This document shows positions 8,598-19,093 of a stretch of DNA of 64,000 nt, piece by piece. The stretch comes from a virus: positions 1 to 64,000 of IMG/VR virus record IMGVR_UViG_3300032307_000731; one strand, given 5' to 3'. The notes beneath the pieces are model-generated. The model did no database searches and was not told where the DNA came from. It saw only the letters and a program-made list of their open reading frames with translations. Both the position numbers and the translations under genes were made by a program. Each line of letters starts with the position of its first letter. Within the stretch, counting starts at the first letter, position 1.

Positions 8598-9281
8598 TTA
8601 ACAATATGGTGGTGAACACCTTTTTTTTCCGTCTAATCCGGGTTTAGTTCCTTTACACACTTGAACCGCATATCCATTCGCATATGCGCTAGGATACACA
8701 TCAAATTTTGATTTAGCTGCTGATTTACCTCTGGCACATAATTTAGTTCCGGTTTTCTTTTTACCCTCTGAAACTACAGGTTCACTTTGACGTTTTGCTT
8801 TATCAAGATAGTCATAAACTTTATCTCCGTACATTTGATAAATTTTCTTAATAAATTGAGCAGGACTCTTCCTAATATATCTAATAACATCATTAGGAAT
8901 ATACTGACCATATTTATCCCCAAATAAAGATTTTACTTGACGTTCTCTGTCACTTGTTGGTCTATCAGAGTCACTTGAATAATCTTGTTCATTAACATCT
9001 TCATAATCAATATATTCTTTTTTAGTTTCGTTCATTAAAAAATCGAATACTTGGTCCATATTATTTTTAGCTTCAGTTACGTGGTCATCTGCCCAATCAT
9101 GCCCCCCTTCATTAATAATTTCATCAATTTGTTGAGGGTCCATTTCTAACAATATTTCACATTGTCTTTTAATTTGTTGTAAATTACTAAAAAACATATA
9201 ATCTGCGACTTCTTGTTCTTTTAAAACTTTCTTTACGATTTTATTTAAATCGGATTCAGTTAATTTAATTATTTTTTTCAT
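8598..9281 (-). CDS. Putative internal head (poly)protein with basic C-terminal module
   Basis: MKKIIKLTESDLNKIVKKVLKE leader; internal LMNE, VNE and VVSE sites; C-terminal KLCARGK...YPSAYANGYAVQVCKG. Confidence 0.6.
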   Translation of the reverse strand: MKKIIKLTESDLNKIVKKVLKEQEVADYMFFSNLQQIKRQCEILLEMDPQQIDEIINEGGHDWADDHVTEAKNNMDQVFDFLMNETKKEYIDYEDVNEQDYSSDSDRPTSDRERQVKSLFGDKYGQYIPNDVIRYIRKSPAQFIKKIYQMYGDKVYDYLDKAKRQSEPVVSEGKKKTGTKLCARGKSAAKSKFDVYPSAYANGYAVQVCKGTKPGLDGKKRCSPPYC

Positions 9282-10783
9282 TATTTTTGATTTACAATAT
9301 TAAAGGTTAATTGTTTCTTATAAGTATCTTTTTCACCTGAAGTGTTAACTTGGATGTCAACATAATACTCATTTGGTATTTTATCTCTCATATCAAACAT
9401 GAAATAATATTCAGTTGGTGTTCTGTTAATTGGGGTCCAATCTTGAACCATAACTTCTGTAGTTCCTTCTTTAACATATACTCTGTAATACGCTGATACG
9501 TCTAATAATAGTTGTTGTCCGGTGTATGCCTTTTTAATAGTTACACCAACTTTTCTAATATCACTATTAATAATTTTTTCGTTTTGTAATATACCATAAA
9601 AATCAAATCCAAATTTTTGAGGTTCTCTTGATACTGAACCTATTTGAATTCCTGAGGTATATTCTTGAAGAACAAATTGATTTTGAACATTAGGTATGTT
9701 TTGACCATTAATAGTTAATCCTGACCAAACATCATAATACAAACAAGGTGCAGGGCTACCTGTAAACCCATTAGGTATTATAACTTCATAAACACCTTTA
9801 GTTTTTAAACAAGTTGATAACGAAGTCATCCCACTAACCGCAACACCATCTCTATCTTCAATTCTAACAAAAGGGTTTGAATCTAAATTAACTGAATCAC
9901 CATTTTGATAGACATATAAATATAATTTATTTTCTTGGTTTTTTAAAAACTGATTCCTATCGTCTTGGATTAAATCGTCATAAGTTGTTTGTAAAAATGG
10001 TTGATAAAAAGTTTGTGTATGTCTTGAAAAGAATGCGACACTATAACTATCGGTTAATCCTGATATATTTTCAAGTTGTGGTAAATATGCTAATCCCCAT
10101 CCTGTGACACCGGTAATTGTTCCGTTTAATACCCCATTAATTTCATTAGACATATCCATAGATAAATCTTCATTTCCTAATTCAAAATGTTGTTGTGCAA
10201 CAATTGTAAGACCTGAGTAATTAACTTCACCTTGATTTTTGTTATCGTATATTCCGGGTTGAGACCAATTATTAATTGTTGTTGTTTGATACCAGTTTGA
10301 TGGTCTTGTTGAGAATGCTCGAGTATCAACATAAGTTAATGGTGTTGAGGTCCCATTGGCACTTCCTTTACTAAGGTTAAAATCATTATAATCGTATCCA
10401 ACACCTTCATCCCATAATTGTGGACCTCCGGTTGTTCCCGATATTTGTGGAATTCTAAACAATATTAAATCAAAAGATGTTGCTCTTCTTCTTTCATTTG
10501 TCATGAATGTATTTAATAATTCATTATCAAATGACGAAGTGTTAGTCATCTTTAATGTGTGAGTCATTGCCGAAGTACAACCTGTTGAAATAACCCCGGA
10601 CTGAATGTTTTCTATTAGGCTCGATAAATCTAAATCAAAGATATATCTTGTGTAACCAAAGTTAGGAACTATAATATCAGAGGCACCAAAATTCAACTCA
10701 ATAACAGGGTTCCTTCCTGTATTAACGTAAGAGTTTGAACTAATGGTGTTGTTTTTATCTATGTAAGACCTTAAAATTGACAT
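9281..10783 (-). CDS. Putative virion structural protein
   Basis: Beta-rich, seven [ST]GxT motifs, late-type motif at 10797-10804, next to a baseplate-like gene. Confidence 0.55.
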   Translation of the reverse strand: MSILRSYIDKNNTISSNSYVNTGRNPVIELNFGASDIIVPNFGYTRYIFDLDLSSLIENIQSGVISTGCTSAMTHTLKMTNTSSFDNELLNTFMTNERRRATSFDLILFRIPQISGTTGGPQLWDEGVGYDYNDFNLSKGSANGTSTPLTYVDTRAFSTRPSNWYQTTTINNWSQPGIYDNKNQGEVNYSGLTIVAQQHFELGNEDLSMDMSNEINGVLNGTITGVTGWGLAYLPQLENISGLTDSYSVAFFSRHTQTFYQPFLQTTYDDLIQDDRNQFLKNQENKLYLYVYQNGDSVNLDSNPFVRIEDRDGVAVSGMTSLSTCLKTKGVYEVIIPNGFTGSPAPCLYYDVWSGLTINGQNIPNVQNQFVLQEYTSGIQIGSVSREPQKFGFDFYGILQNEKIINSDIRKVGVTIKKAYTGQQLLLDVSAYYRVYVKEGTTEVMVQDWTPINRTPTEYYFMFDMRDKIPNEYYVDIQVNTSGEKDTYKKQLTFNIVNQK

Positions 10784-10804
10784 CTATCGTTTTAATTATA
10801 AATA

Positions 10805-12313
10805 TCAATTAAGTCGAATATTTGCATTAAGTATTTTAGTATATGCATTTTGTAGTTCCTGTAGGATATTTGAAACGTTTGAACCGTCTTCAGTTATACT
10901 GACTGGTGCTAACCCAGGATATGCGTGAGTATGACTAACCAAGAATCTAACAATCAAATTAATTAACTCTAAAAGTTCTTCACCACGAACCATACTTGAA
11001 GTATTTGGAATTATTTCATTTGCAAATACATCAGAAGAAATCCCATATAATGTGTCTTTTAAATTAATTTTGTTTTTACCCGGAATTTGAGAACTATTTG
11101 AAAGTAAAAATAAAGAATCACTACCTAACGCACCATAAGTTGTCATACCAACAATTTCTCTTGATTGAGGTACGACCACTTTTACAGGTGTTAATGGAGT
11201 TGTTAAACTAACCACATCTTGACTTATAATTATACCATAACCTCCTTGGTCAGCACTATTTAATTTAGTTGCTTTGTATATTTCTGAGACATTTTTAACT
11301 TCGGTGGAATTAGTCGACTTTAACTTATTATACATTAAATTTGTTGGTCTAAAAAATATTGGGAATTTTGTACCAACAGCTGGAAATAATCTATCACCGG
11401 TAGAACTAAAATTTTTAGAATTACAAGTTTTAATAAAATCATTTATGAATTTTATTGTATCAACCTTTGATAATAATGTGAATGGTTGTGTGTAAACTAA
11501 TTTTTTTAAATTTTCATTTACAACACTACCTACTGTTAAATTTTTGGTGTTAACCGATGAATCGGGTTTTAATTGATATAAATAAACCGAACCTGTAAAT
11601 TTATTTTGAGTATTTTCAGGGTTTGATAATGTCCATTCAATTAAATAATTATTTAAAATTACCCTGTCTTTAAATTCAAAATAAGTTTTAGGTGACAAAC
11701 TTTCTTTAGTACTACTAAAACGAGTCAATTGTAAATAACCTCTCTTTTCGTTACCTGTTGGTGGTATTGTTGGTTGTAAAGTATTATCAGTAAATTTACC
11801 AGCCCTTAATAAAACCTCATCTTGTTTTACAATTAAATCGGCACTACCACGGCCTAATATTGCATTATCACCTGGTTCAGGAAAAACCCCGTTAGATATT
11901 GAATTAGCTAAACTACCATCTTTATTTTTTAAATCTTGAGGATTTTGAATTTGTAACCCTGTACCGGTATGTACATTCGCACCAAAATTAAACTCACCAT
12001 ATGATGCTCTTGGACTTGAAAAACTATTTTGTATGTAATATTGATTTTGATATTTAAAATCTCTATTTACATAAAAAACTTGAATTAACTCATTTATTTT
12101 TGGTACTTGATAAACAAAATAAGGTAATAATGTATTAAAAACTAAAGGGTCTCTTGGGGACCATGGGTCTGTTTCAGGATTCCATTTTGGGCTATCAACA
12201 CTTTTTAATATGTCTTCGTAATTATCCGTAACAATTCTTGCCCTAACTCTTCCAAGCATTAGAGGGTCTTGATTATCTAATACAATACATTGAAAAAATA
12301 TTGGTCTACTCAT
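10805..12313 (-). CDS. Baseplate hub/spike protein with gp5/Vgr-like N-terminal OB fold
   Basis: VLDNQDPLMLGRVRARI...VPKINELIQV and a C-terminal HTH (HxH) motif. Confidence 0.7.
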   Translation of the reverse strand: MSRPIFFQCIVLDNQDPLMLGRVRARIVTDNYEDILKSVDSPKWNPETDPWSPRDPLVFNTLLPYFVYQVPKINELIQVFYVNRDFKYQNQYYIQNSFSSPRASYGEFNFGANVHTGTGLQIQNPQDLKNKDGSLANSISNGVFPEPGDNAILGRGSADLIVKQDEVLLRAGKFTDNTLQPTIPPTGNEKRGYLQLTRFSSTKESLSPKTYFEFKDRVILNNYLIEWTLSNPENTQNKFTGSVYLYQLKPDSSVNTKNLTVGSVVNENLKKLVYTQPFTLLSKVDTIKFINDFIKTCNSKNFSSTGDRLFPAVGTKFPIFFRPTNLMYNKLKSTNSTEVKNVSEIYKATKLNSADQGGYGIIISQDVVSLTTPLTPVKVVVPQSREIVGMTTYGALGSDSLFLLSNSSQIPGKNKINLKDTLYGISSDVFANEIIPNTSSMVRGEELLELINLIVRFLVSHTHAYPGLAPVSITEDGSNVSNILQELQNAYTKILNANIRLN

Positions 12314-12518
12314 TGTTATTTCTTTCTTGGTATACTTTTAAAGTGTTATTGTATAATTCTTCTAATTTATCTAAATAACGAGTTGAATTAATAATGTTTT
12401 CTTTGGTACCTTCAAAATCTGAAGATAATAAATCCATAAATTCAACTAATTTTTGATTAGGTAAATTTTTAAGATTTTTTTGTTCTTTTATAATATTTTC
12501 AAATTCTTCTTTTTTCAT
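12306..12518 (-). CDS. Hypothetical protein
   Basis: 70 aa, tightly coupled to its neighbours. Confidence 0.6.
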   Translation of the reverse strand: MKKEEFENIIKEQKNLKNLPNQKLVEFMDLLSSDFEGTKENIINSTRYLDKLEELYNNTLKVYQERNNNE

Positions 12519-12520
12519 AT

Positions 12521-14650
12521 TTAATATGGTTTTCCTATTCCTGTGTATGGTGTTTTCATTACCACTTCAACTTTTTCGTTTTCAGCCCTTTCCGCACTTA
12601 CACCTCTATTTGACGCTAAATTATATATTAACATTAAATTTGGAGTACCATCAGGTAACGTTCCAGTAGGAATTCCGACCGCTTGTAAAAGTTGAATTGT
12701 GTTAATAGTTGCTCTTTCAGGTGAAAACCCTGGAAGAAAATCGGCAAATCTAACTAACGCTTCCGGTATCTCATTACGTGAAATTAATGGTTTAGGTCCA
12801 ATGTTATTTACTGCATCTAATAATGCAAGTATATTACTCATTAAAGACTTACATTTTCGATAATCATTTACTAATTGTGAGATTATTAAAACAATTCTTA
12901 TTAATTTTAAAATAATTGTATATTTTTTTAACCTATTTGATTTATTAACATCTGTAATAATAATTGAGACTAAATTCAATATATCTCTTTTTAATTCCTG
13001 AAATAATATTTTTAAAAATTCGTTATTAATTAAAGATATTGTTTGTATTGAAAATGTTCTAAATTTGTTTAAGAAATCTACCCCACTTGTAACAACATTA
13101 CTTGCACTACCACCAACTGTGTTACCGGATTGAATTACGGTATTAGCACTTGTAACATTTTGATTATACGTATATGTCGCAGCAGATTGTACCGTTGCCA
13201 TTAACGTATATAATGGTAATAACACTTTAGGTGATAAAACAGCCGATGCAACGGCCATAGGGATTTGTTTAAGAACATTTTTGTCAATGGCAACAGATGC
13301 GTTAAAATTAGAAGGTATCAATGGGTCCCATTTAGGATTTTGAGATATTGAGTCAATCATATTTGACATTGTTGCAACTTGTTGTTGAGTAGTTTGACCA
13401 CTCAACTCATCTCTAAAATTAATAAGTTGGTCAACTAATACCTGAGAATCTACGGGTAATTTTACGTTCTCACAATCCTTAAATTCCATAACACCATTTT
13501 GGACATTAGAAACTTCATTATCGATATTTCGTAAATCAACTTCAGTAAATTCAAAAAAACTATCATCAACACCATCTAATTCCGCAATTTTTGCAGTACC
13601 ACTAACATCTATTTCTTGTCTTGAGTCGAAACACAATCCTAAAATTCTTTGTGCTATTATATAGAATTTTGATTGTGATGATAACGGACCACTACCAATT
13701 TGAGAATTAATACTAACCGCACCGGACAATAGATTAATTAATCTCATCTGAATATCGGTTGAATCAACTAATTTAATTGTGCTATAATAATCAGATAAAA
13801 ACTCTCCAACATTGTTTGAGACATTCCCATTGTTATCCAATCTATCTATTAATGCAACACGATAAAAATTACCTGTTAACCCTAAATTATTAGTTGTAGT
13901 ATATTGTAAGTCAAATAAATTTCTACCGGATTTCCCTTTATATATTTGACCATTAATTTGACCAAAAGATTGATTAGAATATTGGGATTCCGTTAAAACG
14001 TATAATTGTTTATTCATTGGAAACGCTTTAGTACCACCATAAGGTCTAAAAATAGGACTTGAAGATGGTTGGTCTGTTTCATAAAAAATTTTACCAAAAG
14101 CAGTATTAGGTGATAATTTTAAACTCGAACCAAAATCAATTGATTCTATTGGGATATAAATTCCTTCACCCGCAGGTAATGTTGATAATGGTGTAATATT
14201 AGGGTTAAAATTAACCGAAAGACCTTTATAAGTTTGTTCTTGAGAACAACCTAACGCCTTTATTGTTTGTTCTTTAACAATACCGGCAATTTTTGGTTCT
14301 ATTTTTGCTGCAACTTCTAATACTTTAGCTCTAAGATATTTAGTAGTTTCAGAACCATTACCTCGTGTTTCTCCTAAAAAATCTAATAATTTGTCGGTTG
14401 AATTTGGAGGGTCTTTTAAATAACGTTTTTGTAGGTCTTTGATTTTATCAAGTTGCGTAGCTAATTGAGCGGTAGATTTAGATAATGAGTCTCCATTTGT
14501 TTTTCTTAATTGTGTTTCTGCACCAGAGACTTCTCTATATGTTTTATATGCTTTTATTCTAGCAGCAATAGATTCTTCCGAATTATTTAAATCGACCATC
14601 CCATTGCTATTTCCACCTCCACCTCCTCCGTATGATAAAGTTTGTTGCAT
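12521..14650 (-). CDS. Hypothetical protein, probably structural
   Basis: 709 aa ORF in the late-type operon with the baseplate gene. Confidence 0.55.
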   Translation of the reverse strand: MQQTLSYGGGGGGNSNGMVDLNNSEESIAARIKAYKTYREVSGAETQLRKTNGDSLSKSTAQLATQLDKIKDLQKRYLKDPPNSTDKLLDFLGETRGNGSETTKYLRAKVLEVAAKIEPKIAGIVKEQTIKALGCSQEQTYKGLSVNFNPNITPLSTLPAGEGIYIPIESIDFGSSLKLSPNTAFGKIFYETDQPSSSPIFRPYGGTKAFPMNKQLYVLTESQYSNQSFGQINGQIYKGKSGRNLFDLQYTTTNNLGLTGNFYRVALIDRLDNNGNVSNNVGEFLSDYYSTIKLVDSTDIQMRLINLLSGAVSINSQIGSGPLSSQSKFYIIAQRILGLCFDSRQEIDVSGTAKIAELDGVDDSFFEFTEVDLRNIDNEVSNVQNGVMEFKDCENVKLPVDSQVLVDQLINFRDELSGQTTQQQVATMSNMIDSISQNPKWDPLIPSNFNASVAIDKNVLKQIPMAVASAVLSPKVLLPLYTLMATVQSAATYTYNQNVTSANTVIQSGNTVGGSASNVVTSGVDFLNKFRTFSIQTISLINNEFLKILFQELKRDILNLVSIIITDVNKSNRLKKYTIILKLIRIVLIISQLVNDYRKCKSLMSNILALLDAVNNIGPKPLISRNEIPEALVRFADFLPGFSPERATINTIQLLQAVGIPTGTLPDGTPNLMLIYNLASNRGVSAERAENEKVEVVMKTPYTGIGKPY

Positions 14651-14651
14651 A

Positions 14652-15017
14652 TTATTTCATTTTATAATTTTCTAAATCATCTGAAACATCTTTGTCGATA
14701 AGATTATTTAATAAATCTTCGTCCAAATCGGCCATTGAAAATGATTCGGTATTATTATTGGATTTTTCCCAAATACTTGATTGTAATTTAGAAAGACTAA
14801 TTTTCTTTTCAACACAATCATTAACTATTTTTTGTTGTTTTTCAATTACAGGTCCAATAGTTATCATGTCAGCAGGGTCTTTCAACATTGCTAACATTTT
14901 GTTTTGGATTCTAATTGCAGTCTGTCTTTGCTCAACAAGTTCATTATAGATTTCTTGCATAAGCGATAATATAGAATCTTTGGAAAAATTAATTTCTTTT
15001 CTAGTTGGTCTTGCCAT
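14652..15017 (-). CDS. Hypothetical helical protein
   Basis: 121 aa; late-type motif at 15022-15028. Confidence 0.6.
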   Translation of the reverse strand: MARPTRKEINFSKDSILSLMQEIYNELVEQRQTAIRIQNKMLAMLKDPADMITIGPVIEKQQKIVNDCVEKKISLSKLQSSIWEKSNNNTESFSMADLDEDLLNNLIDKDVSDDLENYKMK

Positions 15018-15043
15018 GATAATAAATACCTTTTAATTAATTT

Positions 15044-15613
15044 TTATTCTTTAGTAGCTAAATACCATCCATAAGGTTCATAAATTGAAACAACTTTAAA
15101 ACCTGAATTTTTTAATAAATTTAAAGACGATTCTGTTAAATTTTTATATTTAGGATTTAACCAATCGTGAAAACTAACCGCGATTTGGTCAATTTGATTA
15201 AAGTCATCTGTATCCATACTATTCAGTAATGTATATTCAGAACCTTCAATATTTAATTTCAATATTGAAATTTTATCTATATTAAATTTTTTACAAAAAG
15301 TTTTCCAAGATAACATTTGTGATTTTTTAATTGTGTCATCGTCTGAGTGGTTATCAACAGATAATGAAATACCATCACCTGTTACCGGTAATTCACAATT
15401 AAATGGGCCTAAAAGACCTTTAAACATTTCGACACCATCAGGTATTCTTTCTTCTAAAGGGTCGATACCAATTATTCTCTTTTTCCCAATTAAAGAATGT
15501 GACCAATCCCACATATAACATCCTACATCAACAATACAACCATCATGTTCAAACGCTCTTTTATCTATCTGAGACCAACCTAATCCAGGTATTGTTTCTA
15601 TTAAATTTTTCAT
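15044..15613 (-). CDS. FkbM-family methyltransferase
   Basis: IVDVG...IGIDP; KISILKLNIEGSE...QIAVSFH. Confidence 0.75.
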   Translation of the reverse strand: MKNLIETIPGLGWSQIDKRAFEHDGCIVDVGCYMWDWSHSLIGKKRIIGIDPLEERIPDGVEMFKGLLGPFNCELPVTGDGISLSVDNHSDDDTIKKSQMLSWKTFCKKFNIDKISILKLNIEGSEYTLLNSMDTDDFNQIDQIAVSFHDWLNPKYKNLTESSLNLLKNSGFKVVSIYEPYGWYLATKE

Positions 15614-15614
15614 A

Positions 15615-16361
15615 TTAATTTTTCATTTTAATTTGTATAATTAAGTAAAGTTTTTTAAATCGTTTAATTGAACTACGAATTTCTTTAGTACTTAAATTAG
15701 TCATTTCTCTTAATGATAAAAGTATGACATTTTTATTAAATTTATTATTATCGGCACCTGAAAAAATTTCCTCATAATTACCAAATAAATCGATAAGTGC
15801 GTAACCTAGTTTTTTTTCATTTTCATTCAATGATTCCTTATCAATGAATAATTTTAATTCTTTTAAATATTCATTGATGACGACAGTTGTATCAACAATG
15901 TCGTCATCAATTCTATATATCATGTCAGGTCTTTCTTCAATACTTGCGGAAATATCTTCATAAGATACTTTTCTATTTGTTTCTTTTTGGTCTTTAATGA
16001 TTTGACCCATTAAGTAATTTTTACAAATTGTTCCAAAATACGAATATGCTTTCTTTTCTTTTGAAGGTTTGAATTTATCAACCTTAGTCATTAAAAAGGA
16101 ATGAGTATCTGTGTGGATTTCTGTGAAGTCCATATCTTTACGGTAAAGTTTGTATCGTCTAATAATAGAAGATATCATTTTATCAAGAGGACCTCTTAAA
16201 AATTCATTATAAATTTTATTTTTTTCCTCAAAAGTTTCTGCAATTAAAAAATTCCTAACCGCTAATTCTTCCTTAACATCAAAATAATTTAAATTAACTG
16301 TTTTTCGACCTCTTTTTTTAGATAAAACATCTTCTGTTGACGCAGATAGAGTATCTTGCAT
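15615..16361 (-). CDS. Phage sigma factor, T4 gp55-like (late transcription)
   Basis: NYF near the N-terminus; KVDKFKPSKEKKAYSYFGTICKNYL matches sigma region 2 (F.P......Y). Confidence 0.7.
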   Translation of the reverse strand: MQDTLSASTEDVLSKKRGRKTVNLNYFDVKEELAVRNFLIAETFEEKNKIYNEFLRGPLDKMISSIIRRYKLYRKDMDFTEIHTDTHSFLMTKVDKFKPSKEKKAYSYFGTICKNYLMGQIIKDQKETNRKVSYEDISASIEERPDMIYRIDDDIVDTTVVINEYLKELKLFIDKESLNENEKKLGYALIDLFGNYEEIFSGADNNKFNKNVILLSLREMTNLSTKEIRSSIKRFKKLYLIIQIKMKN

Positions 16362-17168
16362 TTAAACATTTTCTGATTCGTATTTTATGGTTCTATCTTC
16401 TACGAAGAAATATTCTCGTTTTGCGGTTTGAATCCAGAATTTAACTTCATCTTCCGTCATAACTGATTGACCGTATTTATAATTCCAAAAAATAGACCCT
16501 TCTCTCATGTTAGTATGTTTATATCCTAATTTAGGTATAGTCATAATTGTAACTGAGTTATAAGTTAATCTTAATAAAAATTCATAAATAAATGTTAACT
16601 TAATAGATGGTTTAAAACCTCCAAAATCTTCTATAATTTCTTTTTTAAATACTGAACCTGCAGTTTGGAAATTTTGATAGTCTTGAAGAGTGTCATTAGT
16701 TAAAATACCCATCTCTTGAGTGAAATTCGCTGCAAATGTCGCTTCATTAGTAAAACCAGCAAAAACTCCTTTTTCATCAGTTTCAACCACAACCGGTAAA
16801 AACATTTGAACTTCAGGATATGCTTTAACATATTTTGCAACATTTTTAAACCAAATTGATGAATATTCATCATCAAATTCGAATAATGAAACCCATTGAC
16901 CTTTAGCATTTTTAATACCATAGTTAACTTGTTCTGAGTAATTAGGTTCTTTATCCCAACTTAATTTAGTAACATTAAGTTTACCAAAATCGTAGGTGTC
17001 TAAATACGAAACTAACGATTCTTCATTAGTATGTACAATAACTAATTCTTCAACTTCTATTTGTTGACTAATAATTGAGGTTATTGCTTTATTAAAATAA
17101 TCTTCAAAATCTTTTGCTTTTGATGATTTAATTGGTAATATAATTGAAAGTGATAAATTATTGTCCAT
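16362..17168 (-). CDS. Glycosyltransferase family 2
   Basis: LSIILPI...VNYGIKNAKGQWVSLFEFDD; start moved to MDNN (17168). Confidence 0.8.
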   Translation of the reverse strand: MDNNLSLSIILPIKSSKAKDFEDYFNKAITSIISQQIEVEELVIVHTNEESLVSYLDTYDFGKLNVTKLSWDKEPNYSEQVNYGIKNAKGQWVSLFEFDDEYSSIWFKNVAKYVKAYPEVQMFLPVVVETDEKGVFAGFTNEATFAANFTQEMGILTNDTLQDYQNFQTAGSVFKKEIIEDFGGFKPSIKLTFIYEFLLRLTYNSVTIMTIPKLGYKHTNMREGSIFWNYKYGQSVMTEDEVKFWIQTAKREYFFVEDRTIKYESENV

Positions 17169-17169
17169 A

Positions 17170-18222
17170 TTATTCTTCTGTTTTAGTGATTTGTTGTTCA
17201 AATGCGTCTGCTCTTGTGTTTAAATAATTTTCAAATAAAGAAACAACTGTTGATTCGAATTTTTGTTTATCTGAATATTTCTCTGAGGTTTTTTTCATTT
17301 CTTCGTACACGTCAGGTTTGATATTGTCTTCTAACCAATTTTGGATAAAATCTGCTATTACATCGGCAGTTAATGTTTGGTCTGTAATCCAAATACCATT
17401 ATCTTCATTAATCCAATCAGGTACTAAATTTGGAACTTTTCCAATAACAGGAACATTACATTTCATAGATTCTAATGGGAATGTTCCAAATCCACTTTCG
17501 TTGTCAATCCACACACTCAAGAAACAATCTTTTAGTGAATTAGCAAATTCTCTTTCAGATAGACCTCTTAAATCTCTAAACGTAAACCATCTATACTGAG
17601 GAAATTTTAAATAAAATGTTTTGATTATGTTAACCGCATCACTTTGGTCTTTAGTATGAATACCAATAATTGGCATAGGTGGCAAAGATTTAGGTTCAAA
17701 TGATTCAGTAATGTAAGGTTCAACGATATCAATTGAACAATTTCTCATTACTTTTTCAATGTATTCTTTTTGTTTTCCATTTGTTGTGATACATTTCATA
17801 AATCCAAATTGTGACCAAGATTGACCTGGTTGTAATGTTTCTAACATATACGCATATGACTGAGTTAAGACAATTTTTGCACAAGGTAATTGTTTGACTT
17901 GTTCCATTACATAACCAAAAATTTCAGGTATTACAATGAAATCTTCCGGTGAAATCTCCAAATTTTGACCTTCGATAGATTTATGAGGTAATTCCATATA
18001 TTCTTCATCTAACCACGCAATTACACCTGCGTAATCTTGTTTTTCATGAAGGATAATTGGATTATATCCGTTGTCTTTTAATGTTTTTGCCATTTGATAA
18101 ATGTATCTAACAGACGCTTTGGCATTACCTTTAGTATCTTGTACTAACAAATATATTCGAGCCTCTTTGTCTCTTAGAGTTTTAATGGATTGTTTTACTT
18201 TTTCTTCTAATGAATTTTCCAT
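17170..18222 (-). CDS. GT-B fold glycosyltransferase, GT4-like
   Basis: DFIVIPE; SGFGTFPLESMKCNVPVIG. Confidence 0.75.
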   Translation of the reverse strand: MENSLEEKVKQSIKTLRDKEARIYLLVQDTKGNAKASVRYIYQMAKTLKDNGYNPIILHEKQDYAGVIAWLDEEYMELPHKSIEGQNLEISPEDFIVIPEIFGYVMEQVKQLPCAKIVLTQSYAYMLETLQPGQSWSQFGFMKCITTNGKQKEYIEKVMRNCSIDIVEPYITESFEPKSLPPMPIIGIHTKDQSDAVNIIKTFYLKFPQYRWFTFRDLRGLSEREFANSLKDCFLSVWIDNESGFGTFPLESMKCNVPVIGKVPNLVPDWINEDNGIWITDQTLTADVIADFIQNWLEDNIKPDVYEEMKKTSEKYSDKQKFESTVVSLFENYLNTRADAFEQQITKTEE

Positions 18223-18225
18223 ATT

Positions 18226-18504
18226 TTAATAGTGATTTATAAGTTTTTTATTTAATAAACTGTTAAATGCAATCCTAAACGGAATGCTTGTGTTTGATGT
18301 TTGTTTCATTCCTAAAGTCTCATCAGAGTCTTCGTGTTCGGTTAATACTGTGTCCAATAACATTTTAACCAAGTCAAACTTAATTATGTTTATTTTCATT
18401 TCAGATGTTTCACCTGACATTGACACTTCGTTGTTTGGGATTCCGATGTACTCCTCAACTAAGTCTAAGTCAACATAATAAGTTTCTCCTAATACATTAA
18501 TCAT
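18226..18504 (-). CDS. Hypothetical protein
   Basis: 92 aa, coupled within the operon. Confidence 0.6.
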   Translation of the reverse strand: MINVLGETYYVDLDLVEEYIGIPNNEVSMSGETSEMKINIIKFDLVKMLLDTVLTEHEDSDETLGMKQTSNTSIPFRIAFNSLLNKKLINHY

Positions 18505-19093
18505 AAATTTCCAATATTTTAGATTTGAGCTCTTTAATACTTGATATTGAATGCTCGACGTTAATTTCTGAGTTGTAATTGGTATTGAATTTAATTACCA
18601 ATTTATTCTCAGGATGCTCTAATAATAGTTTAGGATTCGCAGTAAGTAAAACGTCTACAGAGTCCCATAGCGAATTAATTGTTGATTCACTATAAAATTT
18701 TACTGTTTCGACCAAACATCCAAATTTAGAAATGAAAAATAAAGATGCAGGTTTAGATTTACCCATTTCATCCGAAACAATTAAAATATCGTGGTTATCT
18801 CTTATGTCAAGATAAAATTCATTAAAATCGGCCATACTCGAAATTTCAACAGAACCGGCATGACCAAATATTTCCATAGTGTGTTCTTTATATAAAAAAT
18901 TATATAATTCGTCTTCATTTTTAAATTTTAAATGATTTTCAATTTCTAAACTATTAAGGTCTGAAATTACTTGATATTCAAATTCTTCTTCAGGGTTATT
19001 AAACGGGTTTTCAATATACCATTTTTCATATTCCTGTTGTATTTTTTTTAAAGTGTCTCTCAACACCCCATTTAATTCGATTCCTATTCTCAT
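18497..19093 (-). CDS. HAD-fold 5'(3')-deoxyribonucleotidase-like protein with degenerate motif I
   Basis: MRIGIELNGVLRD versus the canonical I.IDxDGVL.D; C-terminal NTNYN. Confidence 0.6.
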   Translation of the reverse strand: MRIGIELNGVLRDTLKKIQQEYEKWYIENPFNNPEEEFEYQVISDLNSLEIENHLKFKNEDELYNFLYKEHTMEIFGHAGSVEISSMADFNEFYLDIRDNHDILIVSDEMGKSKPASLFFISKFGCLVETVKFYSESTINSLWDSVDVLLTANPKLLLEHPENKLVIKFNTNYNSEINVEHSISSIKELKSKILEIYD

